Below, one piece after another: positions 1 through 8,231 of a DNA stretch of 64,000 nucleotides; the stretch's first letter is position 1; the number at the start of each line of letters is the position of its first letter. Below the pieces are notes generated by a model. The model did not search any database and had not been told where the DNA came from. It saw only the letters and a list, made by a program, of their open reading frames with translations. The stretch comes from Bacteroidia bacterium (lineage in GTDB: Bacteria > Bacteroidota > Bacteroidia > NS11-12g > UBA9320): the NCBI GenBank assembly GCA_965655315.1, contig CBFHGJ010000008.1, forward strand, positions 10,959 to 74,958, given 5' to 3'. A program made the translations under genes and the position numbers.

Positions 1-1
1 G

Positions 2-274
2 GAAAAAGCTCAAGCCATGAAAGTTAAATTAGCTTCAATTGATTTTGAAGGTACATCTTACAATGAAAAGGTAAAGATTAAATGTACAGGAGATAAACGA
101 TTTCACTCATTAGAAATAGACGATAGTATATTTAAAATTAGACCAAGAGAAGAAGTACAAACTATGATACTTGAGGCTATAGATAGAGCCTCGATGAATG
201 CTGATGTAGTTATAAAAGAAGAAATGAGTGCTATAATGCCAAACATCCCTGGAATGGGAGACTTGGGAATATAA
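2..274 (+). CDS. YbaB/EbfC-family nucleoid-associated DNA-binding protein, 5' end outside the window
   Basis: The reading frame is open to the window edge (..EKAQAMKVKLASIDFEGTS..). Size, the KCTGDKRFHSLEIDDS core and the C-terminal MPNIPGMGDLGI tail match the YbaB/EbfC layout. The Met at 17 is probably internal. Confidence 0.75.
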   Translation, partial: EKAQAMKVKLASIDFEGTSYNEKVKIKCTGDKRFHSLEIDDSIFKIRPREEVQTMILEAIDRASMNADVVIKEEMSAIMPNIPGMGDLGI

Positions 275-275
275 A

Positions 276-313
276 AAAAGCGTATATTAATTGAGTAACA
301 ATATACGCTTTTT
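276..313. terminator. Bidirectional rho-independent terminator hairpin between convergent genes
   Basis: aaaagcgtatatt (276-288) pairs perfectly with aatatacgctttt (300-312). It is flanked by an A-run and a T-run, so it can work on either strand. Confidence 0.7.
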
Positions 314-331
314 AATCCTTTCTAAAAGCAT

Positions 332-970
332 TTAAAATCTATACTGAGCCCCGATACTCGCAATATAGGGAGCACCAATAGCTAATTCGAAATTGGCTCC
401 GAATTCATCTGTGAAGTAGAACCTTCCGCCTATAGGAACAAGACCAAATGTAGGTCTGCCTCCAGCAAAAGTGTCAAAGTCATCAAAATTAGGATCTGAA
501 GATTCAACTTCGCCCGTCCAGAATAGATAACCTACCCTTAAACCTGAATATATATCTACGTTTTCATTTTGCATTCGCCAATGAAAACGAGGTAAAATAG
601 CAAGGTTATTTCTTGTGAGGCCTATATCTATAGACTCACTTCTAGTCTCTCCTTGATTATTTATCCAAGTATATTGATCTACTGATCCGCTAAATGATTG
701 AATTGAAAACATTAACCCCATGCTAAAGACCTCCCCAATTCCGTAATCAAAAGCTAAGGATATAGCTGGTAACGAGTTTACATTGACACCATTAAGTCCG
801 AAAGTGTCAGAAGAGATATCATCAGTGTCAGCTTCGTCTAAGGCATTTATTAGGCCACCTGTAAGACTATATCCAAAGTTAATTGACGCAACTTTTTCAC
901 CACTTTTGGTTTGACTATAAGAGAAAAAAGCAACTGAGAGAATGGCAATAAGGAGAGTGATTTTTTTCAT
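332..970 (-). CDS. Small outer-membrane beta-barrel protein, function unknown
   Basis: Signal peptide MKKITLLIAILSVAFFSYSQ from the ATG at 970; the track start at 997 is a GTG. Alternating amphipathic strands, aromatic-rich, C-terminal ..GAQYRF ending in Phe as is typical for OMPs. Confidence 0.6.
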   Translation of the reverse strand: MKKITLLIAILSVAFFSYSQTKSGEKVASINFGYSLTGGLINALDEADTDDISSDTFGLNGVNVNSLPAISLAFDYGIGEVFSMGLMFSIQSFSGSVDQYTWINNQGETRSESIDIGLTRNNLAILPRFHWRMQNENVDIYSGLRVGYLFWTGEVESSDPNFDDFDTFAGGRPTFGLVPIGGRFYFTDEFGANFELAIGAPYIASIGAQYRF

Positions 971-1027
971 ATTTAATTTGTTTGTTGTTAGCTTCACAAA
1001 AGTAATCCATTGTAGTAATTTAATTTA

Positions 1028-1369
1028 TTAGTCTAGCTTCAGTTCTTGTTCTACATCCCAAAAGTGTTCTTTAAAATTGACAATACAGTCGTTTTTTACC
1101 AACACCCCTTCTTCTTTGAGTAATCTTTCCATTTTTTCTGGAGGAGAGAAATGTGCCTTTCCAGTAAGCAGTCCATTTCTATTTACCACTCTATGAGCAG
1201 GTACAGAGGGTATTTGGCTACCCGCTTGGTTCATCGCCCATCCCACCATTCTAGCTGAACGAGCCATACCCAAGTATTTTGCTATGCTTCCATATGAAGT
1301 GACCTTACCATCTGGTATTTTTCGAACCACTTGATAGATTGAACTAAAAAAATCATTGTCATTAGGCAT
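1028..1369 (-). CDS. Alkyltransferase-like (ATL) MGMT-family DNA-binding protein with the catalytic Cys replaced by Ala
   Basis: 113 aa with an MGMT C-terminal DNA-binding fold: YGSIAKYLG..ARMVGWA helix-turn-helix and VPAHRVVNRNG where active enzymes have PCHRV. Confidence 0.8.
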   Translation of the reverse strand: MPNDNDFFSSIYQVVRKIPDGKVTSYGSIAKYLGMARSARMVGWAMNQAGSQIPSVPAHRVVNRNGLLTGKAHFSPPEKMERLLKEEGVLVKNDCIVNFKEHFWDVEQELKLD

Positions 1370-1435
1370 TATTATTGGGCATTGTTACTCAGCTATAAGG
1401 CAACTTTCAAAACTTTAAGTGCGTTATAGGAGTAT

Positions 1436-1443
1436 TATATTTG
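1436..1443 (+). promoter_or_regulatory. Bacteroidota -7 promoter box (TAnnTTTG)
   Basis: TATATTTG lies 26 nt upstream of the ATG at 1470. This supports 1470 rather than the GTG at 1419 as the start codon. Confidence 0.45.
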
Positions 1444-1469
1444 TACAAAATTATTTGAAAAAAGAAAGT

Positions 1470-2918
1470 ATGGTAAAACACTTTGCAATTCTGATTGGCG
1501 TCTGTTTGTGGTTGGGTAGTTATGGTCAGTATGACATCAAGGTAAAAGTAGATGGTCTTTTATGTGAGGATGAGTTGTTATTAGCGAATCACTTTGGAAG
1601 TAAGCAGTACTTGAAAGACACTGCCGAATGCCAAAACGGGTATTTTCATTTTAAAGGAGAAGAATCATTAAATACTGGAGTCTATCTAGTGGTTTTGCCT
1701 AAGAAGAACTATATGGAGTTTCTAGTATCTTCTGAAGAGGATCAAACCAAATATTATATAGAGCTAGACACCTCGTTGAGCCCATCGAAAGTGGAGACTT
1801 CGGGATCTAAAGAAAACGAATTGTTTCTTGGGTTTAATAAGTTTGCTTCCTCACAAGGGAAAAAGGCAGGGGAGTTAAATAAAAAACTTGAGGCTGAGGA
1901 GAATGAAAAGAAGCAGGAGGAGCTGAAAGATGAGTTGAGAGAACTAGGAGTGGAAGTTGCCAGAAAACGTGCTCAAATAGCTGAGGATTATTCAGAATTA
2001 TTTATAGGCAAGCTATATGGATCCATGGGTGAAGTGGAGCTTCCAGAAACACCTGCTGACCTAGAGGGTGATGAAAAAGATAAGTACGAGTATATATGGA
2101 TTAGGGATCACTATTGGGATAATGTAGATCTCTCTGAAGACGGATTAGTACTTTCTCCAGTTTTTCATAACAAGATTAAAACCTATTTCGATAGATATAT
2201 GCCACCAATCCCAGACACCGCAATGGCAATGGCAGATACTTTAATCAATAGAATAGAAAGGGCAGGAAGCTCAGAGCAGTTCAAATATTCTGTCCACTTC
2301 TTACTGGGATATTTTGAAAAAGCAAAGTATATGTGTTTTGATAAAGCTGTTTGGCATATGGCAAAGAATTACTACTGTGCTGGTAGAGCTTTTTGGTCTG
2401 ACTCTGCTTACGTAGCAAAGATGTGTGAGGAGAGTGATAAAATGTATCCAACATTATGCGACAACCTAGCTCCTGATATGAGCATGCCAGATAGTACTTT
2501 CGGTAAAAGGATTAGAATGTCGACAATAGATAAGCCGGTGACAGTATTAGTGTTTTGGGATATTAATTGTGGCCATTGTAAAAAAGAGATGCCTATTATC
2601 AGTGAGTTGTATGACAGTATGACTAATGAACACTTTGAAATTTATGCGATATATACCCAGGGTGATTGGGAAGGTTGGAAGAAACGTCTGAAAAAAGAAA
2701 AGTTTAATTTCATAAATGTAGCTAATGCTTTTGGGGAAGATAAGTTTCGTAAGAAATATAATATCGTGAGCACGCCTCAGATATACGTATTGGATAAAGA
2801 AAAGAAGATTAGGTTTAAAAAAATTGGAGCAAAAGATATTCCTAATACAGTAAATTATTTGTTAGAGGAGCAAGGCATTATAGAGAAGTCAGAAGACGAG
2901 GATAGCAAAGAGCAGTAA
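1470..2918 (+). CDS. TlpA-like thioredoxin-fold thiol:disulfide oxidoreductase with a long N-terminal DUF4369/DUF5106-like region
   Basis: Signal peptide MVKHFAILIGVCLWLGSYGQ. C-terminal thioredoxin fold VLVFWDINCGHCKKEMP (CGHC) and ..STPQIYVLD. Paralog of 3669..5105. Confidence 0.7.
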   Translation: MVKHFAILIGVCLWLGSYGQYDIKVKVDGLLCEDELLLANHFGSKQYLKDTAECQNGYFHFKGEESLNTGVYLVVLPKKNYMEFLVSSEEDQTKYYIELDTSLSPSKVETSGSKENELFLGFNKFASSQGKKAGELNKKLEAEENEKKQEELKDELRELGVEVARKRAQIAEDYSELFIGKLYGSMGEVELPETPADLEGDEKDKYEYIWIRDHYWDNVDLSEDGLVLSPVFHNKIKTYFDRYMPPIPDTAMAMADTLINRIERAGSSEQFKYSVHFLLGYFEKAKYMCFDKAVWHMAKNYYCAGRAFWSDSAYVAKMCEESDKMYPTLCDNLAPDMSMPDSTFGKRIRMSTIDKPVTVLVFWDINCGHCKKEMPIISELYDSMTNEHFEIYAIYTQGDWEGWKKRLKKEKFNFINVANAFGEDKFRKKYNIVSTPQIYVLDKEKKIRFKKIGAKDIPNTVNYLLEEQGIIEKSEDEDSKEQ

Positions 2919-2925
2919 AGCATTT

Positions 2926-3558
2926 TTAATTTTTTATTTCCTGTACTAGGTTTTTTATTGATATATATAAACCAATATTATAGTATGGAGAAGATAGTTT
3001 AGCCGCTTCTAGGTTTCCGAGATTTAATCTATATCCAACTCCTCCTTTTAAACCTGTCCAAGACAGAATGGAGAAGTAAGCATTTATTCCGCTTTCAACG
3101 GGAACAGTGATATAATCTCTTTTACTTAGCCGTATTCCAGATTTTACTTTCCTATAATCATATTGTACACTGCCAATACCTATTTGAGCAGGTACCCCGA
3201 GGCTAAATCTACCGTTTCGATAAAAGTTATATTCCAAACCTAAGCTGAAATTACTCGTATTGATTGTTCTCACAACCGAATCCTCTCCGAACTTTAAGTA
3301 AGGTAGCACAGTCCGATCTGCGTTTCCATACCCATAAATGCCCGCATACAGTTTAACCTTTTCATTGAAACTTACGCCACCTACAAGCCCATATAGACGA
3401 GTGCGGTTAGATTGGATAAATGTATTCCTATTATGAAACGCCAAGTATGGCTCAGGTTTTGCTTTCAATGCTAGTAGTACAGAATCTTTATTAGTCTGCT
3501 GAGCATGCAAGCTAAAGTAGAATAGCATAGATAGGATGAAAAGTGATACTAGACGCAT
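2926..3558 (-). CDS. Small outer-membrane beta-barrel protein, function unknown
   Basis: The ATG at 3558 gives signal peptide MRLVSLFILSMLFYFSLHAQQ. The rest is an alternating beta-strand pattern. The track extension to 3627 has no signal-peptide logic. Confidence 0.55.
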   Translation of the reverse strand: MRLVSLFILSMLFYFSLHAQQTNKDSVLLALKAKPEPYLAFHNRNTFIQSNRTRLYGLVGGVSFNEKVKLYAGIYGYGNADRTVLPYLKFGEDSVVRTINTSNFSLGLEYNFYRNGRFSLGVPAQIGIGSVQYDYRKVKSGIRLSKRDYITVPVESGINAYFSILSWTGLKGGVGYRLNLGNLEAAKLSSPYYNIGLYISIKNLVQEIKN

Positions 3559-3668
3559 AAATGAAACAGGCCAAAGAAAGTTAATTTCCAAGGCTATTTT
3601 TGCCCGGACTAAGATCACTGTGCTCAATTTATTGTAAACAGTTTAAACAATCGTAAAATCTGATTTAG

Positions 3669-5105
3669 ATGAAACAAGTAAATCTCAAAACAATCGCAGT
3701 TTGTCTACTCGCGTTAGCATATAATTTCAGCAATGCTCAACATGACATAAAGGTATATATAGATGGACTCACGTGTAAGGATAATGTTAGATTAGCTTAC
3801 CACATGGGGGACAAGCAGTATCTTATAGACAGTGCAACTTGTGAAAATGGATATTTTCGATTTCTAGGAGCCAACACATTGTCAAACGGTAATTATTTGA
3901 TTCTACTTCCAAATGAATCCTACTTTAATTTTTTAGCTTCAGAAAAAGAGGATCAGACTAAATATGTTTTTCGGACTGACACAAATGTATACGCTGACGG
4001 TATACTATCTGAGGGTTCTGTAGAGAACCGGATATATTTAGACGTACGCAAGTTTGAGGCTTTGCAAACTGTGAAATTAGAACGGATAAAAGCGAAACAA
4101 GAGAGCTCAAATGATGAAGTACAAAAGGCCCAACTTCAGTTAGAAGTAGATAAGATAGAAGCTAGTATTGCGGATAGTAAGATTCAAGTTCAAACGCAAG
4201 CTAGTGAGTACTTCGTAGGAAAACTATATAGTGCAGGTATTAGAGTTGAGATTCCGGATGCTCCAGCTGGCTTGTCACGAGAAGATGCTAGAAAGTATAA
4301 GTACAGATGGATTAGAGACCATTATTTTAATAATATCGACTTTACTGAACCAGGCTTAATTAGAACCGCTGTATATCAAGAAGTGCTTTCAGAATTTCTG
4401 ACTAAATACCTTCCAAGCAATTTAGATACGGCAAAAGTAGTAGTAGATGAAGTATTGGCCAGATTGGAAAAAGAAGAAACAGCAGCGTTTTATCAATTCA
4501 CCCTGAACTACATGACAGGGCGTTTTGAGAATTCTAAACGTATGTGTTTTGATAATATCCAACATCATTTGGTGAAGAATTATTACTGTACAGGAAAGGC
4601 GTTTTGGTTGAGTGAGGAAGGGAAGCAAAGTGCCTGTAAGTACGTAGAAAAGATGTCACATATTCAATGCGGTGAGATAGCACATAATATGAATATGGAG
4701 GATACATCTTTTGTAAATAAGGTTGATCTTTATGCTATTGACAAACCTGTAACAGTGGTAGTTTTTTGGGATATAGAATGCCTACATTGCAAATTAGAAC
4801 TGCCAATATTACAGCGTATTTATGACACCTTGGACCATAGTGAAATTGCTATATATGCAGTAAACATCAATGAAAGTTTTAAGGGCTGGAGAAAAATGGT
4901 GAAAGATGAAGGTTATACTTTTATAAATGTATCTAATGTGAGTGGTAAAGATGATTTTAAGGATTACTATACTATTAAAGGCACGCCTCAGATATATGTC
5001 TTAGATAGGCAAAAGAAGATTGTTTTTAAGGAAGTATCGATTTGGGATATACCACGAACCGTAGACTATATGGTAGAACAGGAAATGAAAGCAGAACCTA
5101 AGTAG
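3669..5105 (+). CDS. TlpA-like thioredoxin-fold oxidoreductase, paralog of 1470..2918
   Basis: Collinear with the first copy: HDIKVYIDGLTCKD.. versus YDIKVKVDGLLCED.., EDQTKY, WIRDHY, MCFD, NYYC. The thioredoxin motif VVVFWDIECLHCKLELP carries CLHC instead of CGHC. Confidence 0.7.
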   Translation: MKQVNLKTIAVCLLALAYNFSNAQHDIKVYIDGLTCKDNVRLAYHMGDKQYLIDSATCENGYFRFLGANTLSNGNYLILLPNESYFNFLASEKEDQTKYVFRTDTNVYADGILSEGSVENRIYLDVRKFEALQTVKLERIKAKQESSNDEVQKAQLQLEVDKIEASIADSKIQVQTQASEYFVGKLYSAGIRVEIPDAPAGLSREDARKYKYRWIRDHYFNNIDFTEPGLIRTAVYQEVLSEFLTKYLPSNLDTAKVVVDEVLARLEKEETAAFYQFTLNYMTGRFENSKRMCFDNIQHHLVKNYYCTGKAFWLSEEGKQSACKYVEKMSHIQCGEIAHNMNMEDTSFVNKVDLYAIDKPVTVVVFWDIECLHCKLELPILQRIYDTLDHSEIAIYAVNINESFKGWRKMVKDEGYTFINVSNVSGKDDFKDYYTIKGTPQIYVLDRQKKIVFKEVSIWDIPRTVDYMVEQEMKAEPK

Positions 5106-5125
5106 TATAGTAAATAAATCCTTGA

Positions 5126-5626
5126 CTATACTGGTTTGAAACCTTCGAATGCCTGCTTACAACTATTGCAATAGTGTAAACTTCGGCATAAGGTCGGGCC
5201 AAAAGGACTTTTCATACTTGTATCTTCACTGTCGCAATATGGGCAATTGGTAGCTTCCAGTAATTCCATAGAGATATTTGAGCAATTTCGTTTTGGGGGA
5301 GCTAGACCATGCTGCTTTATGGCTTTATGACCTTCTTCAGTTATTAAATCTGTAGTCCAAGTTGTTTCGAAACTGGTCTCTACTGTAATTTCACCCAAGT
5401 CATCATAGTTAGATAAATGTTCTACAACCATATCTTCCATTAATCTGAGAGCTGGACAACCAGCAAATGTAGGAGTCAGAGTGACGTGAATATTGTTATT
5501 CTCACTTATATCTATCCCAGTTACAATCCCTAAATCAACTATTGATATCGTTGGGATCTCAGGGTCTTTCACCTTTTTGAGTTCAGTTCGTATGAATTCT
5601 TCTGTTACCAAAATTGCTTTGCTCAA
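5126..5626 (-). CDS. paaD: 1,2-phenylacetyl-CoA epoxidase subunit PaaD
   Basis: DUF59/MIP18-like N-terminus (VKDPEIPTISIVDLGIV..TPTFAGCPA) plus a C-terminal Cys-rich zinc ribbon (CPYCDS..CNSC). Sits immediately downstream of paaC. Confidence 0.85.
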   Translation of the reverse strand: MSKAILVTEEFIRTELKKVKDPEIPTISIVDLGIVTGIDISENNNIHVTLTPTFAGCPALRLMEDMVVEHLSNYDDLGEITVETSFETTWTTDLITEEGHKAIKQHGLAPPKRNCSNISMELLEATNCPYCDSEDTSMKSPFGPTLCRSLHYCNSCKQAFEGFKPV

Positions 5627-5692
5627 TAAAACAGTTAAAATGGAAGTTTGATTTATTCAGATTAAATCAATTGTAAGTCTGAATACAAAATC

Positions 5693-6451
5693 TTACCAAT
5701 CTGCAGTAGGATCTATCACAAAAACCTCTGTCATTTCGGTGAGTAAAGGCTGTAAATGTTCAGAATGAGTTCCATATCTTCCACCGTATACGGGATTCCA
5801 AGAGCTTTGTTCAGGAACTTTAAGATTACTTTTTTCTAAAAGTGGAACTACGACTTCTAGCCATTTTTCTTGTAATGCTTTTTCTCCCATAGCAATATTT
5901 TCATCTATTAAAATATCTTCTGCGGGTCCTGGTTCAAATATACCAAGAGCCATATTCCAAACGAAATTCAAAGCTGTCTGCATTTTTAGATTGCTTTCTT
6001 CGGTGCCATGTCCAAGTTGGTGAACCCAAGTATTGGAATGCATGGTGTGATATTTAATTTCACCGTGAAACTTTTTGGCAACTAGAGCAAGTGGTTGATA
6101 GCTAGAATTTTTCAAGTCTTCAAATCTTAGAAAATCTGCAAAATCAAAAAGAAAGTGCCGCATGAGGCTAAAATCATAGCCGCCTATTGGTTGTTCTACA
6201 AGTAAACTATTGTGGAACTGAGGAGCATTTCTAGTGAAAGCTACAGTATCGGCATCTTTTTCACCGAGTTGGTGCAATAGATTATAGATATGCTCACTTT
6301 GGCCCATTTTATCTTGAGCCATACTACTGAAAGCTATATCCTCTTCTAGAATAGGTCCAAGTCCATTCCATTCACTATTTCTATGACCAATGATTAATTG
6401 ATCGTCAGCGATTTTATATAAAAGCTCTTTTAATGCATCTATACTATTCAT
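5693..6451 (-). CDS. paaC: 1,2-phenylacetyl-CoA epoxidase subunit PaaC
   Basis: 252 aa ferritin-like four-helix protein (LLYKIADDQLIIGHRNSEW..EEDIAFSSMAQDKMGQ). Position between paaB and paaD. Confidence 0.85.
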   Translation of the reverse strand: MNSIDALKELLYKIADDQLIIGHRNSEWNGLGPILEEDIAFSSMAQDKMGQSEHIYNLLHQLGEKDADTVAFTRNAPQFHNSLLVEQPIGGYDFSLMRHFLFDFADFLRFEDLKNSSYQPLALVAKKFHGEIKYHTMHSNTWVHQLGHGTEESNLKMQTALNFVWNMALGIFEPGPAEDILIDENIAMGEKALQEKWLEVVVPLLEKSNLKVPEQSSWNPVYGGRYGTHSEHLQPLLTEMTEVFVIDPTADW

Positions 6452-6468
6452 ATTATTCTTTTCTTAGT

Positions 6469-6873
6469 CTATACTTCGTCTGTTGGTTTCATGCCTCTTT
6501 CTTTAAAGGCTTTTATTCTATCCATAACCTTATAACTAGCAGGGTTACGATAAAGCTTTTCAGGTGCAGTTTGAAAGATATCGTCATCGTGATATTCTGT
6601 AGCTGAAATGCAGCTACTTGGTGCTACCCATAGGTTTGCAGTAACTTCCCTTCTTGCATATTGTTCTTTTGCATATAATAGTGCCATATCAGCATTTGGT
6701 GCGTGTACTATTCCGACGTGTTGGTGCTGACTCCCTCTCTTTTTTTGGTGAAAAACCTCAAAGGTTTGGAAATGAATAAGGTCATTCATTTCCGCAGAGT
6801 TATCTGGGGTAATATTTGCCCTAGTAATTCTCGGGTCAAGTGATTCTATGGTTTTATTATTTTCTGCTGCCAT
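6469..6873 (-). CDS. paaB: 1,2-phenylacetyl-CoA epoxidase subunit PaaB; start codon uncertain (6873 or 6789)
   Basis: The core FEVFHQKKRGSQHQHVGIVHAPNADMALLYAKEQYARR..LWV matches PaaB. The 134-aa form overlaps the upstream ORF by 28 nt. The Met at 6789 would give a 106-aa protein, closer to my recollection of E. coli PaaB at about 95 aa. Confidence 0.85.
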   Translation of the reverse strand: MAAENNKTIESLDPRITRANITPDNSAEMNDLIHFQTFEVFHQKKRGSQHQHVGIVHAPNADMALLYAKEQYARREVTANLWVAPSSCISATEYHDDDIFQTAPEKLYRNPASYKVMDRIKAFKERGMKPTDEV

Positions 6874-8231
6874 GTTGATTGGTTGTTTTCAGTTATAGTT
6901 AGTAGATATATTCCTGGATTTAATGCTTTTAGGTCAACTCTTTGCTCTCCGCTTAGTAGGGTGCCTTTCACAACCTCTTGCCCTGTCATAGTATTTAAAA
7001 CATAACCGCCTCCTGTCGACTCGATTGTAATTTGACCTCTAAAAGGATTTGGATATACCTTTATGTTAGACTGGGAAATGTTGGCCACACTCACTCTATT
7101 ATCTAATTCATTCACAAATGAGAGTTCGTCCAAATGAAGCACCGTTTCGGAACTATTGTTAGGTCCATCTTCAGCAGATACTATTCTGATAGTAGCCGAA
7201 TCGGGCACAAGATCTAAAAAGTAATTGACTGGTATATTGAAGAAAGTCCATTCTGATTTTGTTTGCGAAAAAGTGATACTACCATCAGCGTAAGGTGTAC
7301 CATTAATGAACATATTCAATTCAATTTTTGCGGCATCTCCTCCTCCCTTATTATATTTATAATACCCCTGCAGGTAAGTATACTTTTGGTCCACGGCAAA
7401 AGCAGGACTATAAGCATCTGTGAATGTATCACCTGTAAAACAAGCACCTTCTCCAATTCTATTGTCCCAATCATCGAAATTACTAACCCTCAAGCAGGAT
7501 TCACCTCTAAATGCATTTGAGTCGATGGTAACTGAAGGATTTAGCAAAAACCCTCTCCACTCTTTGAATGCGACTAAGTCTAATGACATAAATCCTTGAG
7601 GATATCGAACTCCTATATTGGACCAATTTTCAAAATCGTAATTTTCTATTTCTACCGTACGAGCACCAATATTTTCGAACCTAAAATCATCAAGAATGAC
7701 ATACCCTTCTGCCTTTGCTTCTGGATGTATACTACTTCTCATTCCAATAAATACAGAATCCGGGGTACGAGACAATGAATACCATGAAATGGCTACTGAG
7801 TAAGTCACATATTGATTATTTGTAGAGCCGTCTAATTGAATTTTTGCATCTCCTATCCAATTGCCTTTCTCGTAAAAACCAGCTATTAAATCCGCAGTGT
7901 CTCCCGGACCTAATTCGTGTTTAGTGTCAAACACCATGGACAGAGGATCGCCATCATATGGAAATTTATCAACCGTACCATTTACCCAATCTACGTTGTA
8001 TAACGAACTACCATAAATAATACCTTGATTAGCAGAAACGTAGTTTACAAGTTTCACAGCATAATTTCCGCTATTTGATTCTTCGGTTCTTTCTGGAAAA
8101 CCATAGCTAACCCAATTGTCAAGTCTAAAAAAGTCTTCTGTTTCCCAAGATTCAAAACCGCCATTAGGTATATTTTGAGCAAAGCCCAAACTTAAGTAGC
8201 AGATTAAACTAAATGTGATAAGTGATCTCAT
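6846..8231 (-). CDS. Secreted T9SS cargo protein with two tandem jelly-roll/PCMD-like domains and a C-terminal sorting domain
   Basis: Signal peptide, then QNIPNGGFESWE..YVILDDFRFEN, then a second unit ENYDFENWS..VLHLDELSFVNE. T9SS CTD: VYPNPFRGQITIES..GIYLLTI..QQKIIKP. Confidence 0.7.
   Translation of the reverse strand: MRSLITFSLICYLSLGFAQNIPNGGFESWETEDFFRLDNWVSYGFPERTEESNSGNYAVKLVNYVSANQGIIYGSSLYNVDWVNGTVDKFPYDGDPLSMVFDTKHELGPGDTADLIAGFYEKGNWIGDAKIQLDGSTNNQYVTYSVAISWYSLSRTPDSVFIGMRSSIHPEAKAEGYVILDDFRFENIGARTVEIENYDFENWSNIGVRYPQGFMSLDLVAFKEWRGFLLNPSVTIDSNAFRGESCLRVSNFDDWDNRIGEGACFTGDTFTDAYSPAFAVDQKYTYLQGYYKYNKGGGDAAKIELNMFINGTPYADGSITFSQTKSEWTFFNIPVNYFLDLVPDSATIRIVSAEDGPNNSSETVLHLDELSFVNELDNRVSVANISQSNIKVYPNPFRGQITIESTGGGYVLNTMTGQEVVKGTLLSGEQRVDLKALNPGIYLLTITENNQSTWQQKIIKP

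Noticed and set aside
4422-4628. Short ORFs in the track that lie inside long, well-supported genes. Most are antisense: 4422..4628, 7263..7520, 7596..7778, 8900..9106, 14935..15159, 15773..15994, 18114..18317, 18872..19147, 19347..19676, 23308..23529, 24873..25187, 25602..26423 (several), 28333..28596, 33857..34084, 38403..38681, 40162..40697, 42186..42398, 44396..44801, 46138..46356, 48326..48547, 49253..49447, 50127..50471, 51724..52185, 52754..53212, 55946..56140 and 56375..57557 (several). A few are same-strand overlaps in another frame: 23732..23974, 35007..35192 and 55247..55462.
   Set aside because: Each lies within or largely overlaps a gene with clear family motifs. Their translations are low-complexity, rich in Cys, Ser, Ile and Phe, and show no motifs. 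They have no independent promoter or terminator context.
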